From Candidatus Thorarchaeota archaeon (lineage in GTDB: Archaea; Asgardarchaeota; Thorarchaeia; Thorarchaeales; Thorarchaeaceae): 64,000 nt of DNA. Every line of letters begins with the position of its first letter. The first letter of the stretch is position 1. Positions 47,893-57,365 of the stretch are shown one piece after another. A program made the translations under genes and the position numbers. The notes under the pieces were generated by a model that was not told where the DNA came from, searched no databases, and saw nothing but the letters and a program-made list of their open reading frames with translations. The DNA is taken from contig JBHLQH010000005.1 of NCBI GenBank assembly GCA_048884965.1, forward strand, positions 110,157 to 174,156, given 5' to 3'.

Positions 47893-48627
47893 TATCTTAG
47901 GAATAATCTCAGACGCCCTTCCTTTGATTACTATGTCTGCAACGTCATCCCTATTAATCCCCTCAAGATTTACTAGAATAATTTTGGCACCTGATTCCTT
48001 AGCCAGCTGAGGAAGATACGCTGCAGGATAGACTGTCAAGCTTGTTCCAATCACGACCATCAAATCACTTCTGCGGCATAATTGAATAGCAGATTCCATT
48101 GACTTCTGGGGAAGAGGCTCATTAAACAGGATGGCTTCTGATTTGAGGACCCCGCCGCAATTGTCACATTTCGGTGGTATTTCACCATGAACAACTCGTC
48201 GATGGATTTCAGTATCCGCGTACTCTTGATGGCATTCCATACAGTATGCCCGTAGATAGTTGCCGTGCAACTCTACAACGTTTTGACTCCCAGCTGCTTG
48301 ATGAAGATTATCTATGTTCAGAGTGATAACTCCCATTAGCCTACCTACACTCTCAAGATTGGCTAAAGCAAGGTGTGCAGGATTTGGCTTAGCTTTTAGA
48401 ATAAGGTCCGCAATCTCTTGACCCATGGTCCAGAATTTGCTGGGATCTGCTAAGAAACTATCATATGTAGCATACTCATGCGGATCAAACCTTTCCCATA
48501 GTCCGCCTTCGGATCGAAAATCGGGGATTCCAGAATCAACGCTAATACCTGCTCCAGTAAAGGCGATGATTCTTTTCGAGTCGAGAATCAATTCTCTTGC
48601 ATCTTGTAGTAGTTTTTCGTCGACCAT
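47884..48627 (-). CDS. cobB: Sir2-family NAD-dependent protein deacylase
   Basis: TGAGIS.DSGIPDFR, ELHG, CxxC..CxxC zinc site, GTSL.VYPAA. Confidence 0.93.
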   Translation of the reverse strand: MVDEKLLQDARELILDSKRIIAFTGAGISVDSGIPDFRSEGGLWERFDPHEYATYDSFLADPSKFWTMGQEIADLILKAKPNPAHLALANLESVGRLMGVITLNIDNLHQAAGSQNVVELHGNYLRAYCMECHQEYADTEIHRRVVHGEIPPKCDNCGGVLKSEAILFNEPLPQKSMESAIQLCRRSDLMVVIGTSLTVYPAAYLPQLAKESGAKIILVNLEGINRDDVADIVIKGRASEIIPKILE

Positions 48628-48836
48628 TCTGAATAATGTGAAGACCGAAGCTTTGATGTCATTTTCGGTTCAAATGACAGAATGCCATGTCGAAAGCTTT
48701 TTCTTAATATCATAATCAAAACAGATGGAGTCACTGAGGGAATATCCCACGTATCAGGTACAGGATACCATGTCTGACTCGATACTTTCTCCGTGTGATA
48801 GTCAAGAACTAGTCAGAAGCAGGTAGTGTTTGGAAT

Positions 48837-49481
48837 ATGTTCGAGGAAAATCATGATCCACAGGAGAACCGTGAATCCTTTCAAGAGAATGAAGAAGAAA
48901 TGGATGAGGTTTCTCTTGACTTTGATGAGGATTCCCCCATCTCTGAGAAAACTGAATCAGAGAGGAAGAAGGAAGAGATATCCGAGGAGGAAAAGGATTC
49001 CTATCAGGAGTTACATGACAAGTACCTTCGTCTACAAGCAGAATTTGACAACTATAGAAAGAGAATGAACACCCGTTTTGAAGAAATTACTCAATTTGCA
49101 AGTGAGAGCATTCTACTAAAGGTGCTCGATGTCGTGGATAACATGCAGCGAGCATTGGAATCTGATTTTTCTGCTGATCCAGAGTCTGCAAAGGCAGGCG
49201 TTGCTGCAATATACAAGCAAATTGAAAAATTGCTTCAGAACGAGCAAGTGCGTCCAATAGAATCCCTTGGGAAGGTGTTCGATCCATATTATCAAAATGC
49301 CATTAGCACAGTCAATGATGAAAGTCTTCCAGATAAGACCGTTATCCAAGAATATCAGAAAGGATACATGCTTCGAGATAAGGTACTCCGACCTGCAATG
49401 GTTTCTGTGAATCGTCATCTTGCAGCAGACGATGCAACCAATATAGAACCGAATGGAGAGACTGACGAAGATATTAATTAG
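48837..49481 (+). CDS. grpE: Nucleotide exchange factor GrpE
   Basis: [20 protein letters not shown]...VLRPAMV. Confidence 0.95.
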   Translation: MFEENHDPQENRESFQENEEEMDEVSLDFDEDSPISEKTESERKKEEISEEEKDSYQELHDKYLRLQAEFDNYRKRMNTRFEEITQFASESILLKVLDVVDNMQRALESDFSADPESAKAGVAAIYKQIEKLLQNEQVRPIESLGKVFDPYYQNAISTVNDESLPDKTVIQEYQKGYMLRDKVLRPAMVSVNRHLAADDATNIEPNGETDEDIN

Positions 49482-49513
49482 AATCAAGAAAGCGAACAAG
49501 AAGGTGGAAAAGA

Positions 49514-51403
49514 ATGTCAAAGATTGTAGGAATCGACTTGGGAACAACAAATAGCGGAATTGCCTACATGGAGGGTGGTAAGCCTACCATCATACCCAAT
49601 GCTGAAGGGAAGCGACTAACTCCTTCGGTTGTCGGTATAACTCCAAAGGGTGAGATTGTAGTGGGCGAGTTGGCGAAGCGACAGTCAGTATCGATGCCTG
49701 ATAGAACTGTACGCTCGATCAAACGCCATATGGGTGAAGACCACAAAGTGAAGATCGATAACAAGGAATACAGTCCGCAGGAAATATCAGCGATGATATT
49801 GTCCAAGATGAAACGTGATGCTGAAGCATTCCTTGGTGAAGAGATCAAGAAAGCAGTAATCACTGTACCCGCGTATTTCAATGATGCACAAAGACAAGCA
49901 ACCAAAGATGCAGGACGAATCGCAGGGTTCGAAGTAGAAAGAATCGTCAACGAACCTACTGCATCAGCACTAGCATACAATTTTGAACGTGTTCAAGAAG
50001 TCAAGACTCTTGTTTTCGATCTTGGAGGCGGAACATTTGATGTCACCATTCTTGATATAGGAAAGGAGGATGGAGAAACTGTCTATCAGGTCCTTTCAAC
50101 CAATGGGAATACGAAGCTTGGCGGTGATGATTGGGACAATCGAGTTATCAAGTGGATTGTTGAAGAATTCAAGAAAGAAAGCGGCATGGACATCACAAAG
50201 GATCTTTCAGCGATGCAAAGACTTCGTGACGCGGCAGAGCAAGCGAAGATCGAACTCTCCACTGTTATGCAGACAAACATCAATCTACCTTATATCACAG
50301 CTGATCAAACCGGTCCCAAGCATATCAATTTGGATTTGACTCGATCACAATTTGAGAAAATGACAGAAGATTTGGTTCAGGCAACTTTGGGTCCTATTCG
50401 GATTGCCCTGTCTGACGCAAAGATGGAACCGGAGCAAATCGAGAAAATCCTTCTCGTAGGCGGAGCCACTAGAATGCCGATGATACAGAATGTAATTCGA
50501 GCTATGTTTGGAAAGGAAGGGGATAAGAGTGTCAATCCTGATGAGGTGGTCGCATTGGGTGCTGCTGCTCAAGCTGGCGTCCTTGCTGGAGATCGCACAG
50601 ATATTCTCCTCCTTGATGTCACTCCTCTGACCCTAAGTATTGAAACACTGCATGGCGTTGCCACACCACTCATTGAGAGAAACACCACTATTCCTACAAG
50701 GAAGAGCAAGACTTTCACAACTGCAGATAATAATCAGACTGCGGTAGACATTCATGTGGTTCAAGGAGAACGTCCAATGGCCAATCAGAATATGACCCTC
50801 GGGAAGTTTAGACTGGATGGTATACCTCCTGCGCCTCGAGGAGTTCCTCAAATCGAGGTAACATTCGATATTGATGCGAACGGAATTGTCAATGTGAGTG
50901 CTGAGGACAAGGCAACTGGAAAGAAGCAATCCATCACAATCACTGCATCAACAAATCTCTCTTCTGATCAAGTAGATCAAATGGTGAAGGATGCAGAGCG
51001 ATACGCTGAGGAGGATCGAAAACAACGTGAACAGATTGAGGTCAAGGTCAATGCTGAGAACTTAGTATTTCAGACCGAGAAACTACTTACAGATCTAGGA
51101 GATAAGGTGCCAAGTGATTTGAAGTCGCAAGCTGAATCACATATTGTAACACTCAACGCGGCAATCAAAGCTGATGACTATGAAAAGATGAAATCAGGTA
51201 GAGATGAGCTTGAGAAAATACTTCATAAGATATCGGAGAAAGTCTATGCATCACAAGGTGCTGGACCTGGCTTCGATCCCTCACAATCTGGATTTGATCC
51301 TTCTAAGATGGGCTTTGATCCAACAAAGGCATCAGGTGATAGCTCTCAGAAGGATGTATCAGACGAAGATGTCGTCGATGTTGACTTTGAAGATCTTGAC
51401 TAG
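49514..51403 (+). CDS. dnaK: Chaperone DnaK (Hsp70)
   Basis: [48 protein letters not shown]. Confidence 0.98.
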   Translation: MSKIVGIDLGTTNSGIAYMEGGKPTIIPNAEGKRLTPSVVGITPKGEIVVGELAKRQSVSMPDRTVRSIKRHMGEDHKVKIDNKEYSPQEISAMILSKMKRDAEAFLGEEIKKAVITVPAYFNDAQRQATKDAGRIAGFEVERIVNEPTASALAYNFERVQEVKTLVFDLGGGTFDVTILDIGKEDGETVYQVLSTNGNTKLGGDDWDNRVIKWIVEEFKKESGMDITKDLSAMQRLRDAAEQAKIELSTVMQTNINLPYITADQTGPKHINLDLTRSQFEKMTEDLVQATLGPIRIALSDAKMEPEQIEKILLVGGATRMPMIQNVIRAMFGKEGDKSVNPDEVVALGAAAQAGVLAGDRTDILLLDVTPLTLSIETLHGVATPLIERNTTIPTRKSKTFTTADNNQTAVDIHVVQGERPMANQNMTLGKFRLDGIPPAPRGVPQIEVTFDIDANGIVNVSAEDKATGKKQSITITASTNLSSDQVDQMVKDAERYAEEDRKQREQIEVKVNAENLVFQTEKLLTDLGDKVPSDLKSQAESHIVTLNAAIKADDYEKMKSGRDELEKILHKISEKVYASQGAGPGFDPSQSGFDPSKMGFDPTKASGDSSQKDVSDEDVVDVDFEDLD

Positions 51404-51421
51404 AAAAAAAGGTGATATTCC

Positions 51422-52456
51422 TTGGCAGCAGATGATTACTATGATATTCTAGGCGTTGGAAAGAACGCTACTCAGGAAGAGATTAAGAAGGCATATCGGA
51501 AGCTCGCCAAGGAATTACATCCCGATAGAAATCCAGATAAAAATGCTGAAGAGCGCCTGAAATCAGTCAATGAAGCGTATGGTATTCTAAGCGACCCTGA
51601 AAAGAGAGCCAACTATGATAGATACGGAACTGCAGATTTCGAAGGCATCAACATGGACGGCTTTGGCTCCATCTTTGATCAAATATTCCGAGGGTTTGGT
51701 TTTGGTGGAATGGATAGAGGTTTTTCACAGAGAGGTCCACCTCAGGGAGAATCCCTTCGACTAAGGATCCCCTTGACCTTTGAAGAGGCATTCTTTGGAG
51801 TCGAAAAGGAAGTGGCAATTCGGAGAAAGATCTCTTGTACATCATGCAGTGGCTCAGGAGCTGAAGTTGGCACTTCTCCTGTTCGATGCAAGACCTGTGG
51901 AGGTAGAGGTCAAGTTGTCCGAACAATGGGCGGATTCATGCAGGTATCTCAGACGTGCCCTTCATGCCGAGGTGTGGGACAAACAATTGATACTCCTTGC
52001 AAGCAATGCAATGGTAGTGGACTTGAATCGAAACGTGAGGAACTCAAGTTTCCGCTCCCACCTGGTATCGAGGATGGAATGATGCAACGGATACGAGGAG
52101 GAGGGAATGCTGGTCCGAGAGGAGGGCCACCAGGAGATCTCATAATTCTATTTGAAGTTGAAGAACATGATCAGTTCATACGAAAGGGCCTCCATGTCTT
52201 CTTGGAAACGGATATCCCATTCACCGTTGCTGTTTTGGGGGGTGAAATCGAGGTGCCAACGATGTGGGGTGTAAGCAAGCTCAAAGTCAAGAAAGGCACC
52301 AAAGGTGGAACCGTTCTTAGGATGAAGGAGAAGGGCGTACATACAAACGACGGAAGGAAAGGCGATCAATTAGTACGAGTTGAGATTCATATCCCCGATA
52401 AGCCATCAAAGGAGCAGCAGAAGCTACTTGAGCAGATGAGTGAACTTGCTCTTTAG
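51422..52456 (+). CDS. dnaJ: Chaperone DnaJ
   Basis: J domain with HPD and four CxxCxGxG repeats; TTG start after GGTGA. Confidence 0.97.
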   Translation: MAADDYYDILGVGKNATQEEIKKAYRKLAKELHPDRNPDKNAEERLKSVNEAYGILSDPEKRANYDRYGTADFEGINMDGFGSIFDQIFRGFGFGGMDRGFSQRGPPQGESLRLRIPLTFEEAFFGVEKEVAIRRKISCTSCSGSGAEVGTSPVRCKTCGGRGQVVRTMGGFMQVSQTCPSCRGVGQTIDTPCKQCNGSGLESKREELKFPLPPGIEDGMMQRIRGGGNAGPRGGPPGDLIILFEVEEHDQFIRKGLHVFLETDIPFTVAVLGGEIEVPTMWGVSKLKVKKGTKGGTVLRMKEKGVHTNDGRKGDQLVRVEIHIPDKPSKEQQKLLEQMSELAL

Positions 52457-53019
52457 AAGTCAAGTGGTTTGCAGATGCAGGCTCTCATTTTCAATGAAAT
52501 GAAGTTGCTTGTGTTCGTCGGTCTTACCAACCATGCTGTGTCAGCACCTCTACCAGTTCCTCCAACACAGATTACATCCTTATCCACTGGAACAAGTCCA
52601 GCATCAGCTGCCATCATGGCAATCTCTGCGCAGACCTTGGTTCCTTGCCCAAAGGTGCGATATGCATATGCTAGGATTTCAGTTGTTGAATATGTCTGAA
52701 GCGCATTTCTTATTCCTCGCGCAATACCAGCAAATGCATGAGTTGTCGTTAGAACAGTCGCACCTTGATTCTCTGTCTGCTTCTTTTTATCTGGGTCTAT
52801 CTCATTGAAATTTGGTTGCCTAAACCCTGTATGGTGTGTAACTACTATTGTCTTTGCTCCAAAGGCTTTTGCAAAGAGTAATCCTGTTGTTCCTTCTGTC
52901 GTTGCAACCACGACTTGCTCTATATCTATATGTTCCTTCAAGAACTGCCTGACTCTCTCCAGTACCTTTGATGTTGTTTCTTGAGATACATTTGTGAAAT
53001 ACTTCGTAGTGATTTCCAT
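52453..53019 (-). CDS. Pyruvate-kinase C-terminal-like (alpha/beta) domain protein
   Basis: [45 protein letters not shown]. Confidence 0.85.
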   Translation of the reverse strand: MEITTKYFTNVSQETTSKVLERVRQFLKEHIDIEQVVVATTEGTTGLLFAKAFGAKTIVVTHHTGFRQPNFNEIDPDKKKQTENQGATVLTTTHAFAGIARGIRNALQTYSTTEILAYAYRTFGQGTKVCAEIAMMAADAGLVPVDKDVICVGGTGRGADTAWLVRPTNTSNFISLKMRACICKPLDF

Positions 53020-53046
53020 GTGCCAATATCAAATAAAAGGACAACT

Positions 53047-53526
53047 TTAGCGTTTCTTTTCTACGTCTGCTTCTATTCTTGATACCTCAGTTCTCTGCCA
53101 GGTTCTTAGGAAATACTCTGCAATAACAAATATCATGAGAATGATCAGTGCAGTCCAAAAATCAACAATAGTGTTCGGAATGGTTGAAATGAACCATGCA
53201 GCAGCAACTACCACGACGATTGCAAAAGACTGTTTTGCCACAGTTCTCAACATTTGAGAATCATGGTCCTCTTCTTCTTCGTCGAATGTCTGCACCTTCC
53301 CCCATTCTTGTGCAATCTCTTCAGGTTGACCTAATGCTGATAGGACCTCTTTGACAAGGACCAATGGATCAACATCAGGATATTGATCCTGCTTGTCCTG
53401 CAACGAATCAAGAATGTGCGTTCTAATATCCTCAACCAAATCATCTGTTTCAAATGAATCTGGCAAAGCTCTACCGACTCTTTTCAAATAGGCATCGATT
53501 TCTCGAGTTGCCTCGTCCTTGGTCAT
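53047..53526 (-). CDS. HAAS-domain membrane protein (PadR partner)
   Basis: IDAYLKRV...DIRTHI...LGQPEEIA plus two TM; ATGA overlap with padR. Confidence 0.8.
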   Translation of the reverse strand: MTKDEATREIDAYLKRVGRALPDSFETDDLVEDIRTHILDSLQDKQDQYPDVDPLVLVKEVLSALGQPEEIAQEWGKVQTFDEEEEDHDSQMLRTVAKQSFAIVVVVAAAWFISTIPNTIVDFWTALIILMIFVIAEYFLRTWQRTEVSRIEADVEKKR

Positions 53527-53885
53527 TCTCTCAAAACCTCCAATTTTTCGAATATCTCACCAAGAATGAAGGATAGTTCTCTGTAGACTCGGTCTCCCTC
53601 GCCAGTGAGAACATACACTTTGCGTGCAGGGCCAGCTTCAGAACGTTCCTTTCTATCATTTAGTAATCTCTCTTTTTTTAGTCGATGAAGTATTGGATAG
53701 AGTGTTCCTTCCTTTACTTCTAGTAGACCATCTGTTTTATCCGCTAGCTCCCGCGCAATACCATAACCATGGATGCCATCCTCATGGCGTTTGACAATAG
53801 CTAGAACTGCATATTGAAGAAGACCTCGTCTAATCTCAATTTTCCAGCCTTCCTCAAAGTTGTGGGCTTTCTTCAAGCAGACCAA
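53523..53885 (-). CDS. PadR family transcriptional regulator
   Basis: RRGLL, HGYGI, EGTLYPILHRL, RKVYVLT..G. Confidence 0.93.
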   Translation of the reverse strand: MVCLKKAHNFEEGWKIEIRRGLLQYAVLAIVKRHEDGIHGYGIARELADKTDGLLEVKEGTLYPILHRLKKERLLNDRKERSEAGPARKVYVLTGEGDRVYRELSFILGEIFEKLEVLRE

Positions 53886-53937
53886 CCTCTTGGTTATGTA
53901 GTATCATCAGACGTTTGGATGTCTTTAAGTCTGTTCC

Positions 53938-55317
53938 TCAAGGAGTATGCATTGTGTCTGTATCATGTCTTCTATTCTGTACAAAGAATCTCAATTCGCT
54001 CCTAAGAGTTGATTGGTACGATTTCGGTTCTTTAATCAGCAGATAGAAGAATGAAGCGATGAATCTTAGAATTCCACTTGCGATCAACATCCAGAAGACT
54101 GCCTGATAATTACCTATGAATATGACTAGTGCTTCTCCAAGCAAACCTGCTATTAGTGAGCCCATCAAATAGATTATCCCTGTAAATGTATTGTAAACTG
54201 AGAGATGTGCCCCTCGCTCTTCAACAGGTGCAATATCGTAGATGTATGCCGTGATCGCATTGAATGAAGCTGCAGTACAAAAGCCAGCAAGAGCATTTGC
54301 GATATAGATTATCCACACGCCTGGGATAGATAGTGTATTGGAAATAGGGATTGCAAATGCATAGAGAATGGGGACTAGAAAAAGGAAACCTCTTCCAAGT
54401 AGTATTAGTGGTTTTCTTCCAACTTTGTCACTCAAACGTCCAAAAGGTATTGAGAATATCACTGTAAAGATGGTCATCATCGCTGATGCGATTGCTATTT
54501 CAAGAAGTGTATTTTCCAACCATTGTCTTTGAACCACAATGAAGTAAGGCCATGCCATGGACATCGCGAAGGAGAAGAATACAGCTACAAAGGAAAAACG
54601 TCCGAAATTCCCTCCTTGAGAAAGCAGTCTAAGCACTGGAGGAAACCCACGTTTTTTCACCTCACTAGTTTTGTGTTCCTGAATTCTCATTGATAGAAGA
54701 GAAGCGATAATTCCTATGATAGCAGCGAAATAGAATGGAAGATAGTAGGCTTCTCTCCAAGCCTCAACCGGAGGGAATAGAATCAGTCCGAGAGGTCCTA
54801 AGGTATTCTGAAAGACTTGTATTAGAAATGGGAGCCCTGCGAGAAATCCCGATACTAGAGTAGCGCTTAGAGATGCGAAATTCGTAATTACTCCTAATCT
54901 TCCTAATTCGTTACCTCTGTTCTCCTCTCCCATGAGTCCTCCAATCAAGGACTGCCATGTTGGAATCTGTATACTGAATAGGATGGATTGGATACCATAT
55001 AGAATAATCATATGGATAGGGGTTTCTGCCCAGAGAAACAAAAACACCATGAATAAACCGGTTAGCGTCCCAAACGCTACAAATGCCTTGTTTGATCCGA
55101 CTTTATCTGAAGAGGCGCCCCATGCAGGTTGCAGAATTGTAGGCGCAACATTGCCAACACTCCTGAAGGTTCCTAATTCGGCATAATTAGCGCCCATATC
55201 AAGAAGGTATGTATTCAGAAATGGAGAATGAAGCCCTACAGCAAATTGAGTCAAAGCTCCCACTAGGTAAACTCTTACAGGAAGCCTATGGGGTAGAGCC
55301 TCAGAAGATTCTGGCAA
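53938..55317 (-). CDS. MFS transporter
   Basis: WGASSDKVG, GRLSDKVGRK; about 12 TM; probable TTG start at 55317 after GGAGA. Confidence 0.88.
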   Translation of the reverse strand: MPESSEALPHRLPVRVYLVGALTQFAVGLHSPFLNTYLLDMGANYAELGTFRSVGNVAPTILQPAWGASSDKVGSNKAFVAFGTLTGLFMVFLFLWAETPIHMIILYGIQSILFSIQIPTWQSLIGGLMGEENRGNELGRLGVITNFASLSATLVSGFLAGLPFLIQVFQNTLGPLGLILFPPVEAWREAYYLPFYFAAIIGIIASLLSMRIQEHKTSEVKKRGFPPVLRLLSQGGNFGRFSFVAVFFSFAMSMAWPYFIVVQRQWLENTLLEIAIASAMMTIFTVIFSIPFGRLSDKVGRKPLILLGRGFLFLVPILYAFAIPISNTLSIPGVWIIYIANALAGFCTAASFNAITAYIYDIAPVEERGAHLSVYNTFTGIIYLMGSLIAGLLGEALVIFIGNYQAVFWMLIASGILRFIASFFYLLIKEPKSYQSTLRSELRFFVQNRRHDTDTMHTP

Positions 55318-55453
55318 TATTTTGATTTCTCCGGTATTATAGGAAGTCGCCCGATAAAATCTCCCTATTAATCCTGTTTCTTTGGACAAGATGACTGAAC
55401 CGTAGATATTATCAAGAGATTTTTTCCTAAGACAGCGTAGTGAGAGCTGCATC

Positions 55454-56563
55454 ATGCTTGAAGAGAATATATATCGACGAAGATATGATGAAATCCAACA
55501 TGTGCTAGAAACCAATGACGCTGATTTTGCTTTGTTGACACCTTCTCCAAGCTATCAATACCTTACAGGTTCAGCCTATCAAATGCATGAACGATTGGTT
55601 GCGATGCTGGTGACTCGTGATGGCGCTCCTCGTATTATTGCGCCTGCTTTCGAGGTTTCAGATCATCAAAACAATACTTGGGTAAAGGAAATCCTTCCCT
55701 GGACTGAAGAGGATGATCCATACAAGTTAGTCGTAGATGCACTTGGACCTAAAAAAGACGGTCTTCATGGGATGTTCGACGAGAAACTTCCTATAGGTAT
55801 CTACTGGCAGCTTGAAAAAGCTCTCAAAGGTTTCAAGAAGACCACTTCGCTGTCTACACATCTTGAGAATATGCGACTCATTAAGAGTCAAGAAGAAATC
55901 ACTATGATGAAAAAAGCTGGCAAGATTATTGACCAAGCTGTTTCCAAAGCATTCGCCCAAGCTTCCATAGGAATGACTGAAACCGAAGTAATGCAAATTG
56001 TTCAGAATGAAATTGCACGAAATGGAGCATCCCAGACTTTTGCCGCGGTGCAGTTTGACGAGAAGACAGCATTGCCTCATGCAAAATCTGGGAGTGAAGA
56101 GCTTCGAGAAGGAGATATGGTTCTAATGGACTGCGGTTGTTCAATAGGTGGATACAACACTGATATGACTCGGGTAGGGGTCGTTGGTGAGCCCACTGAT
56201 GAACAGAAGAAAGTCCATTCAGTAGTTCTCCACGCACTAGAAACTGCTCTGGAAAAGATAAAGCCCGGTATTGCTTGTGGTGCAGCTGATGGGATCGCCC
56301 GACGAGTAATTCAAGAGGATGGATATGGAGATTACTTCACTCACCGGCTTGGGCATGGGATTGGCTTAGAGGTTCATGAGCGTCCCTATCTTGTAAGGGG
56401 CAATTCTCATACCTTAGAGCCTGGGATGACCCATAGTATTGAACCTGGAATATACATGGAAGGAAAATTTGGAGTCCGTATAGAGGATCTAGTAGCGATT
56501 ACGGCAGATGGTGTTGAAGTATTGACCTACACTCCGAAAGATCTATTCATCATCGATGTCTGA
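55454..56563 (+). CDS. Xaa-Pro peptidase (M24B)
   Basis: MRLIKS, PH, D.G...GY.TDMTR, HRLGHGIGLEVHE, EPGIY, GVRIED. Confidence 0.93.
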   Translation: MLEENIYRRRYDEIQHVLETNDADFALLTPSPSYQYLTGSAYQMHERLVAMLVTRDGAPRIIAPAFEVSDHQNNTWVKEILPWTEEDDPYKLVVDALGPKKDGLHGMFDEKLPIGIYWQLEKALKGFKKTTSLSTHLENMRLIKSQEEITMMKKAGKIIDQAVSKAFAQASIGMTETEVMQIVQNEIARNGASQTFAAVQFDEKTALPHAKSGSEELREGDMVLMDCGCSIGGYNTDMTRVGVVGEPTDEQKKVHSVVLHALETALEKIKPGIACGAADGIARRVIQEDGYGDYFTHRLGHGIGLEVHERPYLVRGNSHTLEPGMTHSIEPGIYMEGKFGVRIEDLVAITADGVEVLTYTPKDLFIIDV

Positions 56564-57214
56564 TGTGGTGTGTTGGATCTCATCCGATGTATCAGTTCTT
56601 TCCGGATCTGTTTGAGGCTCTTCTGGAGCTGGCTGCTCTGGAACTGCTTTTGACATTAGTTCCTCTAGCTTCGCTCTATCTTCTTCTGAAAGGTTGCTCA
56701 TCGCCATTTGATTTTGAATCGCCACTGTGTTCATAATGACTGAATAGAATCCGGGAAGTACATGTCGAGTGAATATCCTCTCATTATATTCTTGCTCAGC
56801 GAGGTCTCTGGCTGTCTTCAACGATTCCTTGGAAATCTCCCCTTTTCCAACTCCGGGGCAATTCTTATCACTTACATAGAACCTGCTGCCGTCGTATTCT
56901 AAGGGATAAGTCCTGCATGAAATTGGCTTTGAGTACATAATGCCACAGCTCTTCGTTTCCTCATCATAAAAGATACAAGCTCTCTTCTCTGGATTCTCTT
57001 TGAGGGGTTTTTGAAATGCAGCGATAGCAATGTGATTCTGATCCTCCTTATCCGGGAATATGACAAATCTATCTATGACATGCTGCAATTGTCCAGAAGC
57101 TGTCCATCTTGATAGGTCTCCTAACGTGATCCTAATCTGCTCTCTTGTATGACAAGCTTGTGTCTCACATTCCTTTTCCAGACATTTGAAGCTATATTTT
57201 GCCTTCTCGCTCAT
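56543..57214 (-). CDS. YkgJ family cysteine-cluster protein
   Basis: FKC...C...CH, CIFY...C...KPISCRTYP, CPG; start taken at ATG 57214. Confidence 0.85.
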   Translation of the reverse strand: MSEKAKYSFKCLEKECETQACHTREQIRITLGDLSRWTASGQLQHVIDRFVIFPDKEDQNHIAIAAFQKPLKENPEKRACIFYDEETKSCGIMYSKPISCRTYPLEYDGSRFYVSDKNCPGVGKGEISKESLKTARDLAEQEYNERIFTRHVLPGFYSVIMNTVAIQNQMAMSNLSEEDRAKLEELMSKAVPEQPAPEEPQTDPERTDTSDEIQHTTSDIDDE

Positions 57215-57365
57215 GATAATCCCTCTACGGAATAGGCGCATCCTGACAGAGTTCTTATTTCTTTCGAAAGATGAAATGACCAATCCGATACCTTTTTCTA
57301 ATGGCTTCTTGGAGTTCGGCCCTTGAGTAACTCTAAATTTGTTGTTCTCACCCGGAGAAGACAAA

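Noticed and set aside
53047-53885. PadR + HAAS pair as a novel system
   Set aside because: This is an already described, widespread gene pair.
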